A stretch of 54,962 nt of DNA from Pirellulales bacterium (GTDB taxonomy: Bacteria; Planctomycetota; Planctomycetia; Pirellulales; UBA1268). A program made the position numbers and the translations under genes. Below, piece by piece: positions 27,517 to 36,192 of this stretch (positions are counted from its first letter, which is position 1; the number at the start of each line of letters is the position of its first letter). The stretch lies in assembly GCA_040260935.1 (NCBI GenBank), contig JBDQOY010000146.1:1-54962 (forward strand), in the 5' to 3' direction. The notes under the pieces are model-generated. The model was not told where the DNA came from, did not search any database, and worked only from the letters and a program-made list of their open reading frames with translations.

Positions 27517-28638
27517 CTAAAGGGTTGGAAGCGTCGGCATTGGCGGGGCGGCCGCATGGCGAGCTGCCAGCCCGCCGACCAGTCGACTGCAGATCGACTC
27601 CAGATAGGGGCGGGCCTGTGGGTCGTCATAGTTCGCCGCGGTCTTGCCCGCATCGCCATGCTCGCGGATCGGAATCTGAATCGGCACCTCACCGAGGAAT
27701 GGAATATCGAGTTCCTTGGCCGTTCGCTCGGCACCGCCGGTGCCGAAGATGTCATACCGTTTCCCGGTGTCAGGGCAGACAAAGAAACTCATGTTTTCCA
27801 CCATGCCGAGCACCGGAATGTTCACCTTCTGGAACATCGCGATCGCTTTGGTGGCATCGAGCAGGGCGACGTCTTGGGGTGTACAGACCGCGACGGCGCC
27901 CGACAGCGGCAGCAGCTGTGAGAGGGTCAGAGCGATGTCACCGGTTCCTGGCGGCATGTCGATAACGAGATAGTCGAGCGGCCCCCAGAGGGTGTCGCGA
28001 AGCATCTGCGTGATCGCTCCATGGAGCATCGGCCCCCGCCAGACCACGGCCTCGCCCGGCGGCACCATGAAGCCCATCGACATCACTGGCATGGGCTGCA
28101 CAGCCAGCCCTTCCGGCAGTGGTTCGGCCGGCTGGCCGGGGTCAAGCTGCTGCGGCACGATCCGTCCGTCCTGAATGCCCGGCCGGCCCTCAAGGCCAAC
28201 GAGATGCGGCACGCTGGGGCCATAGACATCAGCATCGAGAATGCCAACACGGCTGCCCGCACGGGCCAGGCCGATGGCGATCGAGACCGCCATGGTGCTC
28301 TTCCCGACGCCCCCCTTGCCCGAGCCAACCGCAATCACACTTTTGGCCTCTAGGCCGATCTGGCCGAGTTTGGTGGGAGGGCGATCATGGGCGGCAATCG
28401 TGACCGAGACATCAGCGACGCCTGGGAACGCTGTCCGTAGGCGTTCTTCGATCCGGCCACGGGTCTGCTTCCAGAGCAGGGCGGCATGGCTGGTCAGGCC
28501 GACGGTCACGGCGATGCGGTCAGGCGAAGCGTCACTTGCCAGCACCTGGCCCAGGTCACCCAGTGGCCGGCCAGACTCAGGGTCATTGAATTCAGCAACA
28601 AGCCCGCGGACGGCCTCGGTGGTCGGTGCGGTACTCAT
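27517..28638 (-). CDS. Mrp/NBP35/ApbC-family P-loop ATPase with an N-terminal DUF59-like domain
   Basis: It has a deviant Walker A VGSGKGGVGKST and DYLVIDMPPGTGD. The usual CxxC site reads CPDT here (27766-27777). The start overlaps the nuoN stop (ATGA). Confidence 0.85.
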   Translation of the reverse strand: MSTAPTTEAVRGLVAEFNDPESGRPLGDLGQVLASDASPDRIAVTVGLTSHAALLWKQTRGRIEERLRTAFPGVADVSVTIAAHDRPPTKLGQIGLEAKSVIAVGSGKGGVGKSTMAVSIAIGLARAGSRVGILDADVYGPSVPHLVGLEGRPGIQDGRIVPQQLDPGQPAEPLPEGLAVQPMPVMSMGFMVPPGEAVVWRGPMLHGAITQMLRDTLWGPLDYLVIDMPPGTGDIALTLSQLLPLSGAVAVCTPQDVALLDATKAIAMFQKVNIPVLGMVENMSFFVCPDTGKRYDIFGTGGAERTAKELDIPFLGEVPIQIPIREHGDAGKTAANYDDPQARPYLESICSRLVGGLAARHAAAPPMPTLPTL

Positions 28639-30407
28639 TGGAGCTCCTCTCGGCTGGCATGCGTGGTCAGGTCGATTGTTTCAGTCGGGCTAGGCATGGT
28701 GTCGGCCACGTCGGTCACCAGCGTTCCTGTCAGCGTGCTGCCCGCCTCACTGGCCGAGGTAAACAACCCACGGGGACGGAGCGAGAACGAAAAGACAACC
28801 ACGAGGCAGACGACCATCGCCAGCCCGGCCGACAGGCCACCATCAGCCTGGGTGCCCTTGTCGGTGGTCTTGAAATACATGGCGGTAATCAGCCGGAGGT
28901 AATAGCCCGCCGCAATCGCGGCGTTGAGCACCAGCACCACCGTCAGGCCAATGAACCAGCTCTGCCGGTCTCCGAAAACCGCAGCCCCGCTGTCAATGCC
29001 GAGCGCGGAGGTGACCAGCGACAGCTTGCCCCAGAAGCCGGGGAAAGGTGGGATTCCCGCCAGACTCAGGAGGAAGACAGCAAGGCTGAGGGCAACCACC
29101 GGGTTGGTGGATGCCAGGCCATTGAGGTCATCGACCGTCTCAATTTCTTCTAGCGGAGGTCGGTCCTGACTGGTAGCTGACCACTCCGGCCAACGATGGC
29201 CCAGGTAGGTCAGCCCACCAAAGATGCCGATGGTGGCGGCCAGGTAGGTGGCCAGATAGAAAAGCGTTGCGCCAAGCCCATCAAGGCTTATGGAGGCAGC
29301 CCTCAGCGAATTGCCACCAAGGGGGCTCGTTGAACTGCTGGCCGCCGCAGCTGCAGCAATGCCGACAAGCAGATAGCCGGCGTGGGCAATCGATGAGCAG
29401 GCAAGCAGCCGACGGAGGTTGGTCTGCATCAGGGCCATGCAGTTGCCAACCGTCATGGTGATGGCGGCAACAACTGCCATCAGGTGCCAGAGTTCAATCA
29501 GAAAGGTCTCGGCGACGGGGCCAACAGGCTGACCATTCCCCAGCGGCGGAATAGCCAAGGCAACGAGCCGTGCCAGCACGACGACACCGGCAATTTTCGG
29601 AAGCGTCGAGAGCACTGCCGCGTTGCCGGGGCTGGTGCCCTGATAGACATCCGGCGCGTAGAAGTGCATTGGGACGGCGGCCATTCGGAAGGCCGCGCCT
29701 GCAAGAGCCATGCCGAGCGTGACCGGGAGCAGGACGGCGGCCATGCTCGGGGTGATGGTGCCGACCACTGTCGTTGTCGAAGAGGCTGTGCCGAGAGACC
29801 GCAACTGACTGCCGATGGCGGCCAGTGAGGTAGACCCACCTAAGCCATAGAGGCAGACGACGGCATAGAGAAACAGGGCTGAGGCGATCAGCGAGAGGTA
29901 AAAATACTTCAGGCTCGCTTCCTGGCCAGCGGCATCAGACCGCTTCAGGGCCAGCAGGATGTAGGTCGGAATCGAGACGAGTTCGAGGCCGACAAACAAC
30001 AGGACGAGATCGTTGGCTAGGCCGACAAGCGAAAGGCCGGCCAGCAAGATCAGGAACGTGCCTGCCTCTTCACCCGAGCCATGGCGGTGCAGCCTGCCGC
30101 TGTCTGTTTGGACTGCAGCCCGGAACCGATCCCCAGCCTGCACGAGGCAGAGAACGAGTCCGCCCGCGTAGATCAGCATTCGCATGAATGCTGAGAACCC
30201 GTCGAGTGTCACCGGGCCGGATGAAACGGCCGCGCCGGCGGCGGGCTGTTCGCCTGAGATCATCAGGGCCAGGCCCAGCCCGAGGATTGCCACCAGCCAC
30301 CCAGCCCGCAGGCCTGCGAAGGCAGAAGCAAGAAAGGCGACGAGCGCTGCCAGAATAAGCACCAGTTCCGGAGCCAGCAGCAGAAAAGTTTCGAATGAAG
30401 TCGTCAT
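28635..30407 (-). CDS. nuoN: NADH-quinone oxidoreductase subunit N
   Basis: It is an antiporter-like multi-TM protein in the last position of the nuo operon, with blocks such as LKRLLACSSIAHAGYLLVG. The start overlaps the nuoM stop (ATGA). Confidence 0.85.
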   Translation of the reverse strand: MTTSFETFLLLAPELVLILAALVAFLASAFAGLRAGWLVAILGLGLALMISGEQPAAGAAVSSGPVTLDGFSAFMRMLIYAGGLVLCLVQAGDRFRAAVQTDSGRLHRHGSGEEAGTFLILLAGLSLVGLANDLVLLFVGLELVSIPTYILLALKRSDAAGQEASLKYFYLSLIASALFLYAVVCLYGLGGSTSLAAIGSQLRSLGTASSTTTVVGTITPSMAAVLLPVTLGMALAGAAFRMAAVPMHFYAPDVYQGTSPGNAAVLSTLPKIAGVVVLARLVALAIPPLGNGQPVGPVAETFLIELWHLMAVVAAITMTVGNCMALMQTNLRRLLACSSIAHAGYLLVGIAAAAAASSSTSPLGGNSLRAASISLDGLGATLFYLATYLAATIGIFGGLTYLGHRWPEWSATSQDRPPLEEIETVDDLNGLASTNPVVALSLAVFLLSLAGIPPFPGFWGKLSLVTSALGIDSGAAVFGDRQSWFIGLTVVLVLNAAIAAGYYLRLITAMYFKTTDKGTQADGGLSAGLAMVVCLVVVFSFSLRPRGLFTSASEAGSTLTGTLVTDVADTMPSPTETIDLTTHASREELQ

Positions 30408-32040
30408 CAGGGCGTGGTGGAGGCAGAGGGAGGAAGGGTGGCCAATGTTGCAGCGGGCTGCAACGCAGCGGGCTGTTCTGTGGTGAGTGTCTGGCTGTCG
30501 GCCGGTCGGTGTCCGGCGGGCTGCATCAACTCAGCGAAGGCGATGCTCGCGGGCTGCGTCAAACGACGAACGGTCTCAGCTGGAGGCTGCAGGAACGTGT
30601 TGGGCGTCAGGCCGATCCAGAGGGCAAAGACTGCCAGTGGGGCAAGCGCCGCCAGTTCGTGCCAGCGAAGATCGAGCGATTCAGCGTGGGCATCGGTCTG
30701 ATGCGACGGTGGCAGACGCGAGGCACCAAAGAAAACGCGTTCCACGGCCCAGAGCATGTACCAGGCTCCGAGGACGACGCCGACCACACCGAGGGCAGCA
30801 AAGAGGAGGTACTGCTGTTCCAGGCTGCTGGCGACGCCGGTCCAGGCCCGCTGGAACGACCCGGCCAGAATCATGAACTCGCCGACAAAGCCGTTCAGCC
30901 CGGGCAGGCCAATGCTCGAAAACGTGAACAGGATGAACAACACCGTCAGCCATGGTGCCTTGGCGGCGACGCCTCCCAGGCTGCTGATGGAGCGAGTGTG
31001 GAACCGCTCGTAGAGCATGCCGACGAGGGCGAAGAGGCCGGCGGAAGACAGGCCGTGGTTGATCAGTTGCAGGTTCGCGCCTTCCACGGCCACCGGCTCA
31101 AGGGCAAAGAGCCCCATCACGATGTAGCCCATGTGGCTGACTGATGAGTACGCAATGAGCCGCTTGAGATCCTGCTGGACCAGTGCGACCAACGCCCCGT
31201 AGACAATGCCGATGGCGCCAAGGGCGAACAGCCAGGGGGCGAAGGCGGCTGTGGCATCAGGCAGCATTGGCAGAGAGAACCGCAGGAAGCCGTAGATGCC
31301 GATCTTCAGCAGCACGCCAGCCAGATCGACACTGCCGCCGGTTGGGGCTTCAACATGGGCCAGTGGGAGCCAGGTGTGAAAGGGAATGATCGGCACCTTG
31401 ACGGCAAAGCCGACCAAGAGGGCAGCGAAGACCAGCCACTGCAGGTAGCCCCCCTGGGCATCCATGGGCAGGGGGTGGGCGGCGAGGCCGGCGGTGAGCA
31501 TGTCGATGTCGAAGGTAACGCTTCCGGTGTGCGAGGCATTCCAGAGAACAATCGTCACCAGCCCGAGGAAGGCGAGCACACTGCCCGCCAGCGTGTAGAT
31601 GAAAAACGTGACCGCCGCCGGGCGGCAAAGACGCCGAGCATGGCTGTTTCAAGAACCAAGAGCAGCACGTAAAAGCCGACCACCCGCTCGGTGATGGCTT
31701 CCCAACTGACGAGAATGGCCGTCAGGGAGAGCAGGGCAGACAGGCCGAAGAGCCAGAGTGACAGGCCGTCGAGACCGATCGACAGTCGAATGTCGAACAT
31801 GCCCCCCGTCAGCCAAGGGACAGAGACCATGCCGTAGGGCTGACCGGCAGCAGCCTCGTCGCTGCCGAGGTACCGCAGGACCAGCCAGCCGGCTGCCAGC
31901 AGCGTCAGCACGGCAGTGGTGACCGCACATCTCCGCACTGCATCGACACCACGGCCACCCACCAGCCAGATGATGCCTGCTCCCACAAGGGGCATGAGGA
32001 TCACCAGCAGCAGGTGGGTTGAAGGAGCAAGCAGGTTCAT
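30407..32040 (-). pseudogene. nuoM: NADH-quinone oxidoreductase subunit M, interrupted (frame change and apparent internal deletion near 31612-31626)
   Basis: The N-terminal ORF 31555..32040 matches NuoM up to ...VLLLVLETAMLGVFAA and then reads out of frame. The C-terminal ORF 30407..31579 (frame open from 31648) resumes with RPAAVTFFIYTLAGSVLAFLGL...HTWLPLAHVEAPT...LIAYSSVSHMGY. The segment normally between these motifs is absent. Confidence 0.8.
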
Positions 32041-32100
32041 GGATGCGTAACTGATGAAGGGAGGTTTGAAAGGGAAACGGTGCGGTCGTGCCGAAGGGCA

Positions 32101-34323
32101 CTACAGCCGCCAGGCCAAGATGACGATGATCGCCAGCACACCGATGACGCCGGCCAGGGCGTACCGCTGCACCAGCCCCGACTGGAGCCGACGAACAACC
32201 GCGCCGGTGGCGACCGGCAGCCACGCCACTCCGCGGACAATGCCATCGATGAAGGCCCGGTCGAACATGGCCGCCAGAAACGCGATGGCCTCAAGCGGTT
32301 TGACGATGAGCCCCACGTAGAGCTGATCGATGAACATGCGGTGTTCGAGGAAGGGGCGGAAGGGCCCCAGCCAGCGTTCCATTTGGGGGCCGTCGCTTCG
32401 GCGGCCCAGGTGACCGACGGCTGCCAGCACAATGCCCAGGGCTGCCGCCAGGGTGCCCTGAATGGCCAGGTCCCAATGGAAGACAGCCGGCGTTGCCGTT
32501 TCCAGCACGGAGGGTGCGGTAAATGACGGCGTCGCCGCGAGGAAGTGCGACAGGCTCTCTGTGCTGAACAGCGCGAGACCAGCCAGCGTCGCCGGCACGG
32601 CGAGAATCAGTAGAGGCAGCGTCATGACCGGAGGCGATTCATGGGCGTGATGGCCCGCTTCCTCAGGCACCCGGAGGGGTCCAGTGAAGGTCATGAAGAC
32701 AGCCCGGAAGGTGTAGAAGGCGGTCAGGCCGGCGGTGATCAACGCCATCCAAAAGAGGAGCTGCCAGACGAACGGCTGATTGAGGGCATCAAGCCCGGTG
32801 GCCGCACTGCTGGAAAGGGCATGGTCGCTCTGAGCCGAGACTCCGCGATAGCCGACATCGTGAATGGTCTGTCCGGTGAGACCTGGCGTCGGCAGCAGGG
32901 CGTGGTGCTCTCCGGTTGCGGCATGGTGTGCGTCTGGCCAGCCTTTGGAGTGCAGCGACGCGAGGATCTCATCCTTGCTGAAGAAGCCGGCAAACGGGGC
33001 GATGCCTGCCAGTGCCAGGCTGCCGACCAGAAAGGTTGCGGCGGTGATCGGCATCAGTTTTCGCAGCCCACCAAACCGTCGCATGTCGATCACACCACCC
33101 ATCGAGTGCATCACCGACCCGGCTCCGAGGAAGAGCAGGGCCTTGAAGAAGGCATGGGTCAGCAGATGAAAAATGGCGGCGGTAAAGCCGAGCAGCGTGC
33201 CGGTGCCGAGGCTGGCAAACATGTAGCCGAGTTGGCTGATGGTCGAATAGGCAAGCACACGCTTGAGGTCGTTCTGCACGGTGCCAATCAAGGCAGCAAC
33301 CAGTGCGGTGGTTGTGCCGATGATTGAAACCATGACAAGCGCCCCGGGGCAGGCCATATACAGAGGGGCACAGCGGGCGATTAAGTAGATGCCGGCGGTC
33401 ACCATCGTGGCAGCATGGATCAGGGCACTGGCAGGCGTCGGCCCTTCCATGGCGTCAGGCAGCCAGACATGGAGCGGCAGTTGGGCACTCTTGCCGCAGG
33501 CCGCCAGCAAGAGCAGCAGGCAGATGGCCGTGCCGACCAGACCGCCCACATAGCCCGAGACATCGGCGAGGCGGGTCTGCCCGAGAATGCCCGGCAAGAT
33601 CGTGCCGTCGGGGGAAAGGGTGTCGTGGAAGTCGAGCGTGCCATAAGTCAGCCAGAGCAGAAAGACGCCGATCGCCAGGCCAAAGTCACCGACCCGGTTC
33701 ACGAGAAAGGCCTTCTTGGCGGCCCGGGCGGCCTCGGGCTTGCAAAACCAGAACCCGATCAACAGGTAACTGCAGGCACCGACAGCTTCCCAGAAGACAT
33801 AGACCAACAGAAAGTTGCTGGCTGCCACCAGCATCGACATCGAGAAGACAAACATCGCCACCAACGCAAAGAATCGCGGGTAGCCGGGGTCATCGTGCAT
33901 GTAGCCAATGGAGTAGACCGCCACCAGCAGGCCGACCCCGGTGATGATCACCAGCATGGTCGCCGTGAGGGGATCAAGCCGGAGGGCAACGGCAATCGAG
34001 AGCGGCCGGGCCGCATGGGCATCAGCACCAATGGCGGTGCCCGGCACAGCTGCCGGTGAACCGGCTTCGGGCTCGTAGGCATCTGCAACCGTCGCCCACT
34101 CCCAAAGGGTGGTCACCATGTCAACGGGCCGCGGGTTCTCCCCGCCACCGCTGCTGCGGGCGGTGGTGATGACAAGCGACACTGCCACGATCGCGGCAGC
34201 GGCGATGCCAAAGATTGCCGGCAGGTGGGCCCGGCTGCCCAGGCGGCGGCCGGCGATGACAGTGACCAGCGCTGCCAGGAGGGGCAACAGGGGCACCAGA
34301 ATGAGGAGTTGAGAAGGAGACAT
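32101..34323 (-). CDS. nuoL: NADH-quinone oxidoreductase subunit L
   Basis: It is an antiporter-like protein of 740 aa (WLPDAMEGPTPASALIHAATMVTAG, LAYSTISQLGYMF) with a long C-terminal extension typical of NuoL. Confidence 0.9.
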   Translation of the reverse strand: MSPSQLLILVPLLPLLAALVTVIAGRRLGSRAHLPAIFGIAAAAIVAVSLVITTARSSGGGENPRPVDMVTTLWEWATVADAYEPEAGSPAAVPGTAIGADAHAARPLSIAVALRLDPLTATMLVIITGVGLLVAVYSIGYMHDDPGYPRFFALVAMFVFSMSMLVAASNFLLVYVFWEAVGACSYLLIGFWFCKPEAARAAKKAFLVNRVGDFGLAIGVFLLWLTYGTLDFHDTLSPDGTILPGILGQTRLADVSGYVGGLVGTAICLLLLLAACGKSAQLPLHVWLPDAMEGPTPASALIHAATMVTAGIYLIARCAPLYMACPGALVMVSIIGTTTALVAALIGTVQNDLKRVLAYSTISQLGYMFASLGTGTLLGFTAAIFHLLTHAFFKALLFLGAGSVMHSMGGVIDMRRFGGLRKLMPITAATFLVGSLALAGIAPFAGFFSKDEILASLHSKGWPDAHHAATGEHHALLPTPGLTGQTIHDVGYRGVSAQSDHALSSSAATGLDALNQPFVWQLLFWMALITAGLTAFYTFRAVFMTFTGPLRVPEEAGHHAHESPPVMTLPLLILAVPATLAGLALFSTESLSHFLAATPSFTAPSVLETATPAVFHWDLAIQGTLAAALGIVLAAVGHLGRRSDGPQMERWLGPFRPFLEHRMFIDQLYVGLIVKPLEAIAFLAAMFDRAFIDGIVRGVAWLPVATGAVVRRLQSGLVQRYALAGVIGVLAIIVILAWRL

Positions 34324-34352
34324 GCTGACGGGGGCAAGGGGAAAGATTGAAC

Positions 34353-34817
34353 TCAGACGTGGTCGCGTTGAGACGCAGCCGCCTCATCCGTGGCAGGAGA
34401 GTGGCCTGCCTGAGTGAGCCGGGGGAAACTCGGCATGGCACCATCGAACGCAGGAATTTCATGATCGACAGACCGGGGCAGGCTGGCCTCGCGGAGCGAC
34501 TGCCAGGCGGCGGCATCGAGCCGTCCGGTTCGAGTAAAAGCCTGGAGCACGAACACCAGGGCGACAGCCGCCTCACACGCGGCCACCGAGAGCACGAAGA
34601 TCACCAGCACCTGCCCGCCGAAGTCGCCGTGGTAGCGGCTCCAGGCAACGAGGCTGACGGAGATGCCTTGCAGCATCAATTCCGCAGACAGAAACATGAC
34701 AATCAGGTTCCGCCGGGTCAGGATGCCGACCATCCCGAGGCTGAACAAAATCGCCCCGACAAAAAGGCCGTTTTGCAAGAGTGGCAACGCGGCGGCCGCG
34801 AGAAGCGTGGGGAGCAT
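34353..34817 (-). CDS. nuoK: NADH-quinone oxidoreductase subunit K with a roughly 50-aa hydrophilic C-terminal extension
   Basis: It has LFSLGMVGILTRRNLIVMFLSAELMLQGISVSLVAW...VACEAAVALVFVL. The ORF is 154 aa, compared with about 100 aa for typical NuoK. Confidence 0.85.
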   Translation of the reverse strand: MLPTLLAAAALPLLQNGLFVGAILFSLGMVGILTRRNLIVMFLSAELMLQGISVSLVAWSRYHGDFGGQVLVIFVLSVAACEAAVALVFVLQAFTRTGRLDAAAWQSLREASLPRSVDHEIPAFDGAMPSFPRLTQAGHSPATDEAAASQRDHV

Positions 34818-35662
34818 TATGCCTGTCTTCCTTCCTGCAGCGAGGAGGTCTCGGCCTGATCACCCTCCAGCCCGTGCGAGACAATTGCAATCGCGCCGAT
34901 CAGGGCGATCAGCAGGAGGATGCCGACGGCCTCCACTGCGACGAGGTGTCGTCCGAACAGTTCGCCACCCAGCCGCGCCACCTGATCAGCAGCGAGCAGG
35001 TCAACGCTTTCCGCCGGCGCCGATTCGGCGACAGCTCCCAGGGCAGCTGCCTTGGAGGGCAGACGACAGCAGGCTGGGGCGTCGGCTGAAAGCCGGCCGA
35101 TCGACAGGGAGAGAAGGCCGAGGAGGACGGCACCGGCCACAGCCGACAGCAACGGTTCGTTGGTGATCCGATCAGAGGTGGTGAGCCCCGAGGGCTGGGC
35201 GAGCATGAGGACAAACAGGAACATCACCAGGATGGCACCGGCATAGACGACAATGGTGGCCACTCCGAGAAACTGCGCCCCGAGCACCAGCAGGACACCG
35301 GCCACCCCGGAGAGGCACAAGGCAAACCAGATCGCTGCATAGACCGGGGAGCGGCAGGTGATGGTGGCCGCGGCACTGATGACCGCCACCAGGGACACTG
35401 TCAGGAAGACAGCCTCTTCGCCGAGATTGCCAAGGCGATGTCCGGTGGCGATGAACAGCCCCAGCGTAACTGCCCCGAGCAGCAGGCCGAGGCGTCGAGC
35501 GAATGTCCCACTGTGGCCCACCTTGGGAAGGACCAGCCAGAGGCTCACCGCCAGGCTCGTCACCGCCGCGGCCAACAGCACGCCAGGGGAGAGCCAGTCA
35601 ATGCCTGGCAGGGCAGCGGCGGGCAGCGAGACGGTCGTGGACAGGGAATCAATCGGGGTCAC
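34817..35662 (-). CDS. nuoJ: NADH-quinone oxidoreductase subunit J
   Basis: It has SPVYAAIWFALCLSGVAGVLLVLGAQFLGVATIVVYAGAILVMFLFVLML and sits between nuoI and nuoK. Confidence 0.85.
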   Translation of the reverse strand: MTPIDSLSTTVSLPAAALPGIDWLSPGVLLAAAVTSLAVSLWLVLPKVGHSGTFARRLGLLLGAVTLGLFIATGHRLGNLGEEAVFLTVSLVAVISAAATITCRSPVYAAIWFALCLSGVAGVLLVLGAQFLGVATIVVYAGAILVMFLFVLMLAQPSGLTTSDRITNEPLLSAVAGAVLLGLLSLSIGRLSADAPACCRLPSKAAALGAVAESAPAESVDLLAADQVARLGGELFGRHLVAVEAVGILLLIALIGAIAIVSHGLEGDQAETSSLQEGRQA

Positions 35663-36192
35663 AGTGTTCCCCCCATGTCGGCCGATTTCATCGGTTCGGC
35701 ATCCTTGGTCATGTCGTACACGCTGAGTAGTTTTTCTTTGTCGAAGATCATTTCTTCGCGACTCTTGCCGGTGAGGTCGAGGAGGCTTGTCAGCTCAATG
35801 GCATCGACCGGGCAGGCCTCTTCGCACATGCCGCAGAAGATGCACCGCAACTCGTCGATCTGGAAACTTTCGGGATACTTTTCGCGGTCTTCCCACGGGC
35901 TCTCCGTGGCCACAATGTCGATGCAGTGGGCCGGGCAGGCGGTGGCGCAGAGGAAGCAGGCGACGCACTTCACCCGCCCCTCCTCGTCGCGGTTGAGCCG
36001 ATGAACCCCACGGTAGATCAGCGGGTTGCCGACGGTCGGCCGCTGCTCCGGGTAGTTGACCGTGTGCTTCTTGCTGACGAGATGTTTGCCCGTGGTGGTG
36101 AGCCCCTGCACAAACAAGGGCAGGTAGAGCCGTTCCGCAAGGCCGAGTGGTTTTTCTTCTATCCAGGTAACGCCGGGATCATTCGGTTTCAT
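35659..36192 (-). CDS. nuoI: NADH-quinone oxidoreductase subunit I (2x[4Fe-4S] ferredoxin)
   Basis: It has two CxxCxxCxxxCP motifs: CVACFLCATACP and CIFCGMCEEACP. Confidence 0.93.
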   Translation of the reverse strand: MKPNDPGVTWIEEKPLGLAERLYLPLFVQGLTTTGKHLVSKKHTVNYPEQRPTVGNPLIYRGVHRLNRDEEGRVKCVACFLCATACPAHCIDIVATESPWEDREKYPESFQIDELRCIFCGMCEEACPVDAIELTSLLDLTGKSREEMIFDKEKLLSVYDMTKDAEPMKSADMGGTL

